From Heterodontus francisci (taxonomy: Eukaryota): 64,000 nucleotides of DNA. The DNA lies in contig NC_090372.1 in assembly GCF_036365525.1 (NCBI RefSeq), positions 179,033,800 through 179,097,799 on the forward strand. The letters run 5' to 3'. Each line of letters opens with the position of its first letter. Positions within the stretch are counted from its first letter, which is position 1. Of the stretch, positions 12,482 to 24,204 are shown one piece after another. The translations under genes were made by a program, and so were the position numbers. The notes beneath the pieces were generated by a model that made no database searches, had not been told where the DNA came from, and was given only the letters and a program-made list of their open reading frames with translations.

Positions 12482-13316
12482 GAAATCATAGAATCAAAGA
12501 ATGTCTACAGCACAGAAGGAGGCTATTTGGCCCATCATGTCTGTGCCAATTCTCTGCAAGAGCAACTCACCTAATCCCACTCTCCGGCCTTTTCCCTGTA
12601 GCCCTGCAAATTTTTCCTCTTCAGATAATTATCCAATTCTCTTTTGAAGACCTCAATTGAATATATTCCCATCACACTCTCGGATTCGCTGCATAAAAAG
12701 GTTTTCCTCGTGTCACCGTTGATTCTTTTGCCAATCACCTGACATCGTTGTCCTCTCGTTCTGGATCGTTCAGACAATGGGAACGGTATCTCCCTATCTG
12801 CTCTGTACAGACCCCTCATGATTTTGAACACCTCTAGCAAATCTCCTCTTAATCTTCTTTTCTGCAAGGAGAACAGCCCCAGCTTCTCTGACCAATTCAC
12901 GTAACGGGAGTCTCTCTTCCCTGGAACCATTGTCGTGAATCTTTTCTGTTCCCTCTCTAATGCCTTAACATCCTTCCTAAAGTGTGGTGCCCAGAACCTG
13001 AGGCTGAACCAGTGTTTTATACAGGTTTATCATAACTTCCTTGTTCTTGTACTCTATGCCCATATTTATATATCCCAGGATCCCATATACTTTATTAACT
13101 GCTTTCTCAACCTCTCCTGTAACCTTTAATGATTTGTGCACATGTACCCCCAGATCCTTCTGGTCCTGCACCCCTTTTAGAACTGTACCCTTTAATTTAT
13201 ATTATTTCTCCTCATTCTTCCTACCAAAATGAATTACTTCACACTTTTCTGCATTAGATTTCATCTGCCACTTGTCTGCCCATTCCACCAGCTTGTCTAT
13301 GTCCTCTTGAAGTTTA
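12482..13316 (-). mobile_element. CR1 LINE 3' fragment, degraded
   Basis: LQEDIDKLVEWADKWQMK and LGLFSLQKRRLRGDLLEVFKIMRG. Confidence 0.9.
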
Positions 13317-13319
13317 TGG

Positions 13320-13673
13320 CTATTCAAAAAACACCTCATTCCTGCTCCTCCTGGCCTCACAGAAAAGTTAAAAAAAAGATATTTGTCTGGGTGTCTTCTG
13401 ACCCAGAAACTTTTCCCGCTGTCTTCACCTGGCGGGAAAGCCACAATGGTTTCTCTATTGGAGCAAGCAGATAGGTTTGCATGAGGGTTCAGTGACATCA
13501 TCGGACCATGATCTGCATATTTAAAGAAGGACCCCATGAGCTTCAGGTGGCATCCTTCGCACTTGCTTAGAAGTGCTGATTAAAACTCAAGAAAGTGGGA
13601 TTGATTCGGAATGCTGGCAGAGAACTCGCTGGCTGAATTTAACTGCTCAGGCGCATAGGGTTAAAATCGCCCC
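13320..13673. mobile_element. Right part of a non-autonomous Harbinger-type element
   Basis: Ends TAAAATCGCCCC (shared terminus motif). Confidence 0.45.
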
Positions 13674-13822
13674 GAGAACGTGTACCTCTTGTAGTAGCTA
13701 AGGATAAAGGTGAGAGAGGTCAGTAGACTTTACACTAAACATGTCAAACAACGCAGAGCAGCAATCGACAAAACTTATAGGTTGTTATACTACATTGCAA
13801 AAACAGTGGAATATAAGTCATA

Positions 13823-14232
13823 GAGAAAGAAAGACTTGCATTTATATAGTGCCTTTCACAATCTCAGGATATACCCAAGCACTTTGAAGCCAATTTAAAG
13901 TAGGAAGCAGCCAGGGGCTCACAAACAGCAATGTAAAAATGGCCAGATAATCTGTATTAGTGGTGGCAGTTAAGAGATAAACATTAGACAAGACACTGGG
14001 AGAACTTCCCTGCTTTTCTATGAATAATACCATAGGATCTTTTACATCCACCTGAAAGGGCAGATGGGACCTCGGTTTAACATCTCATTCGAAAGACGGC
14101 ATCTCTGACAGTCTAGGACTCCCTTCAGTAATGCGCTGGAGTGTCAGCCTAGATTATAGATTCAAGTCTCTGGAGTGGAACTTGAACAAAAGACCTTCTG
14201 ACTGAGAGACAAGACTGCTACTGAGCCTCAGC
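13823..14232 (-). mobile_element. SacSINE1-like Deu-domain SINE
   Basis: Minus strand has a tRNA-like head (GGCTCAGTAGCAG...GTTCAAGTTCCACTCCAGAGACTTGA), a Deu-like core (GAGATGTTAAACCGAGGTCCC...GGTGGATGTAAAAGATCC) and an L2-like tail AAGGCACTATATAAATGCAAGTCTTTC. Confidence 0.8.
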
Positions 14233-14239
14233 TGATCAG

Positions 14240-14667
14240 ACTGTACAATGCTCTGGTCAGTCTGGGCCTTGAATATTGGTTGCCAAGAAGTAAGACATAC
14301 ATTTATGCCCTGGAGGCAATGCAGAGAAGAGTGACAAGGCTGATCCCCAGTATCAATGGTCTGACTTATGAGGATATATTGCAGAAACTTGGACTTGTCA
14401 GCTTAGAAAAGGGTATGTCTAAGAGGTAATCTTATAGAGGTGTGTAATATTGTTCAGGGTATCACAAAAAAGTTAACCTGCTTTAAATTAAAATGGCATT
14501 TCCACACAAGAGTGAGCAACCTGAAGATTAATATTCCAGATAGAGTAGTGGAAGCAAAAACCCTGGAATCTTTTTGGATTCTATAGTTTTGGGGGTGGAA
14601 GTTAAGGATCTCTCTGGTTGGATGAGTTAAGATGGTCTAAATAGCCTTTCTCATCTGTAATTATCTC
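14240..14667 (+). mobile_element. Old CR1 3' remnant
   Basis: Degenerate LYNALV..LEY and ALEAMQRRVTRLIP motifs. Confidence 0.6.
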
Positions 14668-15934
14668 GTGGACAGCAATCAGGAGCTGGGGCCCTGGTTG
14701 TCTTGGTCCCTCCCTCATTCAGCACTACTGAAGAATTACACCATCCATAAACACTTTGGCATTCCCTATTATCACCTCAACTGGGTTCCACAAACTCAGC
14801 ACAAACCGAGGACTAAGTGTAGGCTCTTTCCAGTTAATCCTGCTCAGTTCTGCACTTGGTCAGCACACTGGCCAACTAAGCCTTTGGGAGAGAGTGGTTT
14901 CAATTTTCATTCAGGTCTAAATTGCAGTACTTAATAGAGTTGTAATGAGACGCTGACCATCTCAGGCCTTATTATAGAGACATACTTCTTTCCATCAAAA
15001 AAAAACAAGCTCACAGTGCAATATCCTCTCAGGCACAGAGCTTTCATCTCAGGGATGTGGCCAAAATCGACAGTACCTACCATGCAATTATCAAGCATGA
15101 CAGGACATGAGAAAAAACATCTGGTATGAGGCTGCCAGTTCACTTTGCAAGAGAGGGTTGCCTTTGATCATCATCTCAAGTTGTCTGCAGACTTTCTCAG
15201 ATCAATTAGCTGGTAGAAATTTATCCCTAATAGCTCCATCATCTGACCGTTGTGTAAAAATGGGTATATTTAGTTAAACAGCTTTTGCCAGAATTGTCAA
15301 AAATAATGTTATGTGTAAGGTACTTTAATACCTTGTTTATACCCTTTACAACTAATGATTTCCTCCATTACTTCCTTTTATTGAAAATTATATTTTTGGA
15401 ATTCAGACCATTACATCAGATGTATGCAGCTCATTAAATAATCACTAGCTTTTCTCTTTAAACCTTCACTGATGCTTTGGTTAAGTGCTTTTGTAGGCAC
15501 TGTATAGCTGAACTGTATATAATAACTAACCTTGCATCACAAATAATAGCAATAATAAAATGCTTTACAAAAGGATTGTAAAATCTATTGATAAGTGGGG
15601 TGCCATGATGACTTAAGTTGATATGTAAGACTAATGTACTGTACGAGTGAATAATGCTTTAGAGAAATAAAAGTGCCTTTTACACTGCAAGATGGGATGA
15701 TTTCTAAAGCTTCTGTTGCAAGCGAAAACATTTCTGTGGCATTATATGCTAATGATTAAAAACAGAAATGGCTGGAGAGCACAGCAGCCTGATTGCCATC
15801 AGAAAGAGGAAGATAGTTAATACTTTGTTGTAAAACTTGTTCAGAACTACAATAACACAACAATAGCTTGCATTTATCTAGTGCCTTTAACCCAGAAAAA
15901 TGTCCCAAGGCACTTCAGCCTCAAAGTCAGAAAA

Positions 15935-17547
15935 TAGCGGGTACAGTACTTCCGACATTGCCAGCGCTCGTCCTGTGAGGGGAAAGGCACGTGCACGAGC
16001 GTGCCATGTGTGCACTGGAAGCTTTTGACGTTGCAGAATGTGATGTCAAATAGTCGTTGATTTGACGCACATTTTTGAAACTTGAACTGCACAGGTCTGG
16101 TCAACGTATGTGCTAATCACTCACTGCTGAACAGGCATTCAGCTGCACGAGGGAACACACCCCACCACCCCCACTAGCACTATTTAAAGGAACAGCCATC
16201 CAACTTGCAGGTAAGCTGTTTTTGACTTACTTCTGCCATTGTAAAGTTTGTGGAAGTACTGTGGAATGTTTTTGAAGGTGTTGAGGTGACTTACTGGATT
16301 TGTCAGAGAGCTTTGCTACATCCTCAAAGGGAGGGCATTGGATTTGGTGACCTGTCCACACAAAGGCTGCAACAGATATGGGGGCTGTAACTGCATTGGC
16401 TCTGGGTCTGCAACATGACAGACAAATAGAGACCGCAGAGAGGGGAGGCTCTGCGAAGACGGAGGAGGAAGAGGGCTCTCCACATAAGGCTCTGCCCACC
16501 ACAGGTTTTCAGAGAGCATTTCTCCTAACTCCATCTCAGCCAGGAGCAATGCCTGAGGTGACTCACATTCACCTAGGAGGTGGTCTCAGAACTGTGCTAC
16601 CTTCTTCGACAGGACCTGCAGGCTCACACCAGAACTGCACTGCTGGTGACCATCAAGGCCACACTCGCTCTAAACTTCTCTGGATTTCCCAGTATGCCGT
16701 CCATCACTGCATCTGAATGGGTGACAAAGGCCCTGTGTGTGAGGAGAGGCGTGTTCATCATTTTCTCTCTAAACAGAGAGAAGGATGAGTGGGCACATGG
16801 GTTTGCCAGGGTAGCAGGATTCCAAGTGGTGCAGGGAACCATCCACTGCACTCACCTGGACTGCTCGGGGGAGCCCTGCAATACCCTCCAGACTGTGTCA
16901 CCTAGTGCGTTGTGGTCTTCTGCGACCTCCATATTATTATTGCCTCTGCCACCAGGCATCCAGAGGACACCTGGGAGAATGAGGAGGAAGGGGAGGAAGT
17001 AGAGGAAGTGGAAGCAGGGAGGAGTCATCCAGGACCCATTTGTCCCAGACGGCCTGTCCATGACTGCCTATTCAGACTCCAGTTCCCTTAGGAGATCATC
17101 CCTTCACCACCTTCCATGGCTCCATTATTCCCTACCTTCCCATCAACCTGAGACATCCCATCACAGTGTCCTTTTGGCCAAAATCCCGCAATAGAAGCCC
17201 ACGAACAAAAACCTTGGCATAATAACTTTATCCAGCAGCACATCCAATTATACAAACAAAAATGAAATACTCACCATTGTGCATCCTCTAAGTGCCTGTC
17301 CTGTGGGTGTCTTCGCTTGGTCCAGTGCTCCTATCCAGTGCTACCCAAGTGGCTGCAGCATGGTTGGTGGAAGATTGCTGCCTTTCACCGGGGGAGACTG
17401 CAAATGGCCTTTCAGGATGACCTCGAGCAGCTCTGGACCTTGCGGGCCTGGTTACAGACTGCACTATTGCGTCAATGGCGGCAGCAATCTGGGCTAGCTG
17501 GTTAAGAGGCAATAACAAGAGCACTGCCAGATTGGCAGCAGTAGGAG
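15935..17547 (+). mobile_element. PIF/Harbinger transposon remnant (decayed transposase)
   Basis: 16470-16860 encodes frameshifted QVFREHFS..LSQEQCLR and VTKALCVRRGVFIIFS...GFARVAGFQVVQGTIHCTH (Harbinger GAIDCTH motif); left boundary approximate. Confidence 0.8.
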
Positions 17548-19997
17548 CACAAATGTGATTGACACTTAAATGCCCTCTGAAATGGTCTAGCAAGCCATTC
17601 AGTTGTGCCAAACCACTAGAGAAAAGTCCAAAAGGAATGAAACAGGGCGGACCACTGGCATTGACCTGTGCATCAGAAACAACAACAGCACGTCCAGCCC
17701 TGTCAACCCTGCAAAGTCCTCCTTCCTTACATCTGGGGGCTGGTGCCAAAATTGAGAGAGCTGTCCCATGCACTAGTCAAGGAACAGCTTGACATAATCA
17801 TACTCATGGAATCATACCTTACAGACAATGTCCCAGACACCACCATCACCATCCCTGGGTCTGTTTTGTCCCACAGGTAGGATTGACCCACCAGAGGTGG
17901 CCTCACTGTGGTACACAGTCAGGAGGGAGTTGCCCTGGGAGTCCTCAACATTGACTCCAGACCCCATGATGTCTCATGGCATCAGGTCAAACATGGGTAT
18001 GAAAACCGCCTGCTGATTATCACTTACCACCCCCGCCCTCCCCTCAGCTGATGAATCAGTACTTCTCCATGTTGAACACCAAGTGGAAGAAGCACTGATG
18101 GTAGCAAGGGCACAGAATGTACTCTGGGTGGGGGACTTCACTGTCCATCGCCAAGAGTGGCTCGGTAGCACCACTGCTGACCAAGCTGGCCAAGTCCTAA
18201 AGGACATAGCTGCTAGACTGGGTCTACAGCAATTGGTGATGGAGCCAACAAGAGGGAAAAACCAACTTGACCTCGTCCTCACCAATCTATCTGCTGCGGA
18301 TGCATTTGTCCATGACAGTATTGGTAGGACTGCACAGATTTGTGCAGACAAAGTCCTGTCTTCACATTGAGGATACCCTCCATGGTGTTGTGTGACACTA
18401 TCATTGTGCTAAATGGGATAGATTTCCAACAGATCTAGCAACTCAAAACTGGGCATCAATGTGGCGCTGTGGGCCATCAGCAGCAGCAGAATTGTATTCA
18501 AGCACAATCTGTAACCTCATGGCCCAGCATATCCCCCACCCTACCATTCCCATCAAGCCAGAGGACCAACCCTGGTTCAATGAAGAGTGTAGGGGGGCAT
18601 GCCAGGGGCAGCACCGAGCATACCTAAAAATCAGGTGTCAACCCAGTGAAGCTGCAACACAGGACTACTTGCATGCCAAACAGCAGAGGCAGCATGCAAT
18701 AGACAGGGCTAAGTGATTCCACAACCAATGGATCAGACTTAAGCTCTACAGTCCTGCCACAGACAGTCGTGAATGGTGGTGGGCAATTAAACAAATAACA
18801 GGAGGAGGAGATTCCACAAATATCCTCATCCTCAACAATGGAAGAGACCATCACATCAGTGCAAAAGACAAGGCTGAAGAATTTGCAACCATCTTCAGCC
18901 AGAAGTGTTGAGTGGATGATCCACCTCGGCCCTCTCCTGAGGTCCCCAGCATCACAGATGCCAGACTTCAGCCAATTTAATTCACTCCACATAATATCGA
19001 GAAACGACTGAAGGCACTGGATACTGCAAAGGCTATGGGCCCTAACAATATTCCGGCAATAGTACTGAAGACCTGTGCTCCAGAACTAGCCGCGCCCCTA
19101 GCCAAGCAGTTTCAGTACAGCTGCAACACTGGCATCTACCCTGCAATGTGGAAAATTGCCCAGGTATGTCCTGTACACAAAAAGCAGGACAAATCCAACC
19201 CGACCAATTACCGCCCTATCAGTCTACTCTCGACCATCAGGAAATTGATGGAAGGTATTGTTGGCAGTGCAGTCAAGCGGTATTTACTCAGCAATAACCT
19301 GCTCACTGACGCTCAGTTGGGGTTCCGCCAGGGCTACTCAGCTCCTGACCTCATTACAGCCTTGGTCCAAACATGGACAAAAGAGCTGAACTCAAGAGGT
19401 GAGGTGAGAGTGACTGCCCTTGACATCAAGGCAGCATTTGACCAAGTATGGCATCAAGAAACCCTAGAAGAAATGGAGTCAATGGGAATCAGGTGGGAAA
19501 CTCTCCGCTGGTTGGAGTCATACCTAGCACAAAGGAAGATGGCTGTGGTTATTGGAGGTCAATCATCTCAGCTCCAGTACATCACTGCAGGCTATCCTCA
19601 GGGTAGTGTCCTAGGCCAAACCATCTTCAGCTACTTCATCAATGACCTTCTCTCCATCATAAGGTCGGAAGTGGAGATGTTCACTGATGATTGCACAATT
19701 TTCAGTACCATTCATGACTCTCAGATACTGAAGCAGTCTGTGTAGAAATGCAGCAACACCTGGACAATATTCAGGCTTGGGCTGATAAGTGGCAAGTTAC
19801 AATCTCACCAGACAAGTGCCAAGCAATGACCAACAAGAGAGAATCTAACCACCTCACCTTGACAGTCAATGGCATTACCATCACTGAATCCCCCACTATC
19901 AACATCCTGGGGGTTACCAACGACCAGAAACTAAACTGGACCAGCCACATAAATACTGTGGCTACAAGAGCAGTTCAGAGACTGGGAATTCTGTGGT
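17548..19997 (+). mobile_element. WH-type CR1-group LINE: 5' leader, APE and RT, 3'-truncated
   Basis: IWGLVPKLRELS..QLDIIILMESYL, WVGDFTVH, PTRGKNQLDLVLTN (APE); NYRPISLLS, ALDIKAAFDQVWH, PQGSVLG, MFTDD (RT); several stops and frameshifts. Confidence 0.9.
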
Positions 19998-20733
19998 AAG
20001 TTTCTGCAAGTATTTAAATAGGAAAAGAGTAATTAAAGCTCGAGTTGTTCCTCTAGCATGTGATTCTGGGGAACTGATAATGGAAAACAAGGAAATGGCT
20101 GAGGCGTTGAACAGGTATTTTGTGTTTGTTTTCACTGTAGAAGACCTTGGAAAGCCTGGCAAAGATACTTGAAAAATCAAGAGGTGAAAGGACGGGAGGA
20201 ACTAAAAACAATCACCATAACCAGGGAAAAGGTGCAGGGAAAACTATTAGACCTAAAGGCTGACAAGTCCCCAGGGCCAGACAGCCTGCATCCTAGGGTC
20301 TTAAAAAAATGGCGACAGAGATAGTAGAGGCTTTGGTTATAATCTTCCAAAATTCCTTAGATTCTGGAAGGGTCCCAGCGGATTGGAAAATAGCAAATGT
20401 AACACCTTTGTTCAAGAAAGGAGGGAGACAGAAAGCAGGAAACTATAGGCTAGTTAGCCTAACATCTGTCATGGGGAAATTGCTGGAATCCATTATTAAG
20501 GAGATTATCACAGGATACTTAGAAAATCATAATGGGATCAGAGAGAGTCAACATGATTTTATGAAAGGGAAATCGTGTGGTGCAACTAATTTATTAGAAT
20601 TCTTCAAGGAAGTAATAAGCAACGTGAGTAAAGGGGAACCCGCAGATGTGGCGTACTTAGATTTCCAAAAGGCATTTGATAAGATGCCACATCAAAGATT
20701 ACTGCACAAGATAACAGCACATGGTGTAGGGGG
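19998..20733 (+). mobile_element. CR1 internal ORF2 fragment, truncated at both ends
   Basis: VPADWKIANVTPLFKKG...YLDFQKAFDKMPHQRLLHKITAHGVG, then abrupt loss of similarity. Confidence 0.9.
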
Positions 20734-20921
20734 CAGGGATAGGCACCAACATGTTGCACCACAGACATTTGACAAAATTAATGACTCTGCCATGGACATG
20801 GGGGCAATTAATCTGTATATAAAATGTGACCTGATTGTCTACTCTCCAAAAGACTACGGAAATGTTCATCCTTTGCGCTTACCGCCTTATTACTGCTTGC
20901 AAGTTACTGCTTGGATATCAT

Positions 20922-21032
20922 CTGCTGAGAAACGCGTCGTCCGCCTGGGTTGTGGAGTTCTACTCGTCCTGGTGCGGTCACTATGTGAACGATGCGCCTA
21001 CCTGGAAGGTGCTGGTCAGGGATGTGAAAGAC
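20922..21032 (+). pseudogene. QSOX: QSOX (quiescin sulfhydryl oxidase) thioredoxin-domain fragment with broken CxxC
   Basis: [37 protein letters not shown] resembles vertebrate QSOX1/2 SAWxVxFxxSWCGHCxxxAPTWxxLAxDVx; second Cys codon is TAT (20982-20984); paralogue not resolved. Confidence 0.85.
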
Positions 21033-21232
21033 GGCCCGAGTGCCCATGAGGCGGTTGTCGAGGCTCAGGGCCTCAATCCGGCCTCGGTCGTCCTTCCGCC
21101 ATCACTGCTGGGAGCAAGGAAAGAAGCTCCACTGTGAGCTGGATGGCAACCACGAGCGCAGCATAAGCCTGGAGGACACAGATATCGAGGAGGCCGTGCA
21201 GGCTGTGGGCTGGCCCGCTCGCCAGGGTCGCA
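21033..21232 (+). other. Unidentified CpG-rich coding-like fragment
   Basis: Open frame [54 protein letters not shown] with strong G/C third-position bias; no repeat motif recognised. Confidence 0.45.
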
Positions 21233-21621
21233 ACCCCCACTGGACGCCTCCCCCCCTCCCTAGCACCCCCTTCCCCCACCCCCTCACGCCTACACCCCCT
21301 TCTCCCCTCGCACCCCCTTCCCCTACCCCCTCCCCCTTCCCCCCACTCCCTCTCCCTTCGCACCCCCCGCACCCCACTGTACCCCCTTCCCCCCACCCCC
21401 TCCCCCCTCGCACCCCCTTCCCAGCTCATCCCCCCACACCCCCTTCCCCCTGGACCCCCTTCCCCCCACCCCTTCACACCCCCTTCCCAGCTCAACGCCC
21501 GCACCCCCTTCCCAGCACCCCCCTCGCACCCCCTTCCCCCACTCCCTCATCCCCCCCGCACCTCCCTCTCAGCTCACCCCCCTCGCACCCCCTTCCCAGC
21601 TCCCCCTCGCACCCCCTTCCC
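21233..21621. repeat. C-rich degenerate minisatellite
   Basis: Recurring CCCCTCGCACCCCCTTCCC(C/A) units. Confidence 0.9.
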
Positions 21622-22584
21622 TGTACTGCACTCCTTTGGACCCCACCAGGAAGGCTGAGAGGGGGGTTTTGACGCTTGGGCAACTCACAACCTCCATACT
21701 TCCGCCCAGGCATGCGCCATGGAGAGGTCACTCCATAGTCGCCTCACAGCGACCAAAGCTGCACGGAAGGCAGCAGTTACGGGTTATAAGTCCAGCTCAA
21801 TTGGCATAGAGATTGGGCGCCACGGGTTGCCTTTGGCGGTGGGAGAGGTCATCGCATCTCACTGGACAGCTACCGCCCGCCTCAATCTGGGCAGCCCCCG
21901 GTCAGTAAGGTTCTGTCCCGCCACAGTCCACCTGCTTCAATGGGTGCTTGGAGCTTAGGGTCATTGCCGGACTGTAACACCGAACCAAACAGCACGACAA
22001 AAAAAGGAAATAAGGTACCAGCCCTTCGTTTTGCAAGCTGGAACGTCAGAACTATGTGTCCTGGCCTGTCGGAAGACCTTACACAAGTCAACGATTCTCG
22101 GAAGACTGCCAACATTAACAACGAGCTCAGTAGACTCAATGTGGACATTGCAGCACTTCAGGAGACACGCCTCCCTGCAAGCAGATCTCTAAGAGAGCAA
22201 GACTATGCCTTCTTCTAGCAGGGTAGGGATCCTGAAGAACCAAGACAGCAGGGAGTGGGCTTCGCTATCAGAAACTCTTTGCTCAGCATGATTGAGCCAC
22301 CTTCAAATGGCCGTCCATGTCTCCGCGAAGTTCTGTGACATTGACCACAAGTCGTGGGAGTCAGTTGCCAGTGATCGCCAGAGCTGGCGGACAGCCATAA
22401 AGGCGGGGCTAAAGTGTGGCGAGTCAAAGAGACTTAGCAGTTGGCAGGAAAAAAGACAAGCGCAAGGGGAGAGCCAACTGTGTAACAGCCCCGACAAACA
22501 ATTTTATCTGCAGCGCCTGTGGAAGAGTCTGTCACTCTGGAATTGGCCTTTACCACCTCCAGGCAAGGAGGCCAAAGAAGAAGA
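21622..22584 (+). mobile_element. Internally deleted RTE-clade LINE (5' UTR and APE start fused to 3' end)
   Basis: ALRFASWNVRTM, VDIAALQETRL and GVGFAIRNSL joined at about 22310 to GRPCLR..DIDHKSWESVASDRQSWR, CSACGRVCHS zinc motif and a GAAGAAGA tail. Confidence 0.85.
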
Positions 22585-22764
22585 TACAATGTATAGCCAA
22601 CGTTATGCCATCAAAACACAGTCCAATTTAAAACACATTTCTCCCTATTTAGTGAGATACCTGACATTGTTTTTGCTTGCACAAGTGGTCAATGCCTGCC
22701 TGCACACTTGATGTAGTGATGCAAAGAATCCGGATGGATGTCCAGCTGTTCAGAGTGATCTTGA

Positions 22765-23012
22765 TCTCTTTTTCTCCCCTCTCTCTCTCTTTCTCCCCCT
22801 TATGTCAATCCCTATCCCCTCTATGTGTCCTTCTCCCACCCCCTCTCTCTCTCCTCTGTGTCCATCCCTCTCCCCCCCTCTCTTCCCCTCTCTCCCCTCC
22901 CTCTCTCCTCTCTCTCTCCCCTCTCTTTCTCTCTCTCCCCTCTCTCTCTCCCTCTGTCTCCCCACTGTCTACCTCCTCCCTCTTTTCCCCTGCCTCTCTC
23001 CCCCCTCTGTCT
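22765..23012. repeat. CT-rich low-complexity tract
   Basis: Near-pure pyrimidine run on the plus strand. Confidence 0.9.
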
Positions 23013-23019
23013 CGCCTAT

Positions 23020-23717
23020 CTCTCGAGGCAGCTCTGTCTTCGGTGGTAGATCCTGTGTTGAGGGTATGGCCTCCATTGCCTTCTGCCCCTCTTTCCTCTC
23101 CCATGCCCTCCTGATGCCCGGGGCGCTTCCCTTCCTGCAGAGGGTGTTGCCCCTCATCGCCACTGGGCCCAAAATCTGACAGTTGTGCCCCCATTGCCAG
23201 CTGGAGTCTTCCTTCTAGGCAGGTGGCTGCCCAATTGTCCTTGGCAGCCTTGCCTCCTGCTCTTCTACCCCCATGATGCCAGAGGGGTGCCTGTTCAAAG
23301 CCTCGGCACTAAATGCCCACTCTTCCTGCCACCTGCAAAGCACCAAGGGCATTCCTTACCGAGTGCTGAATGCCCCTTTTCCTTGCTGACCCTCTTATGT
23401 TACTGGGGTGATGCCCTGGAGCAGCCATTATGGCTACCCACTCTTTACTCGCTGATCTGTTTCTGAAGGTGCGGGTAAATTGTGCGCCCCTTTAAAATTT
23501 TCAATCTCCATCCTTGACAAGCTTTTAACAAGCTTTTTAGCTTGGCGATTTAATTGGCCTGAATTGGGACATTTCTGTCCCACACTCTCCCCATCCTGGT
23601 GAACATTGCTGGTGCCGGGAATGGTGTCTTGTAACTGACACTACGGCCGCCCCGCACCCTCCCCCACCCACCCCCGACTTCCATTCCTGCCTTCAGTGGT
23701 TCCCAAAACATCAGCCC
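23020..23717 (-). mobile_element. PIF/Harbinger 5' remnant
   Basis: Minus strand RPYPQHRIYHRRQSCLEI (about 23020-23072) resembles the N-termini of the other two transposase remnants; terminus AAAACATCAGCCC at 23705-23717. Confidence 0.6.
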
Positions 23718-24204
23718 AACGTATGTGTGAACTTCTCAGACATCAGCCAAAAAGGCTGTCTGTGCCTGAAAGCCTGAGCCAACTCAGCCTCGGAGGGTTA
23801 AGCTTGTGTAATAGTCTTGAATTTAAAGGTCCATGTTTAGGGAGAGACTGAGAGCATCTTTAATATTTTTGTGTACTGAGGATTGTAGATATATATATAT
23901 ATATGTATTTGTGTGTGTGTTCTCTTGCATTGAACTGTGTACTGTTTGTTTATAAATGTTATGCAAACAAAATACTTATTGATAGGTATAGCTGATGCCT
24001 CAACTCAGTAGAGAGCTTATCCCTACCCAACATCTGTGAAGAGCGAAGTATTTAAGTGGCGATATATGATCCATTCTAGCAGCCATTGTACAAAGTAAGG
24101 GTTCTCTGTTTCAAGCGTGAGCCAAAAGAGCTGCATTCCAGGTAACAGTGGACACGTGGGGCTGAACTGTACCAGCTCGCTGCTGATAGCTTCTAAGAGG
24201 GTGG

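Noticed and set aside
21040-21672. 210-aa proline-rich protein
   Set aside because: The proline-rich part is translation of the C-rich minisatellite; the same applies to ORFs over the CT tract at 22765-23012
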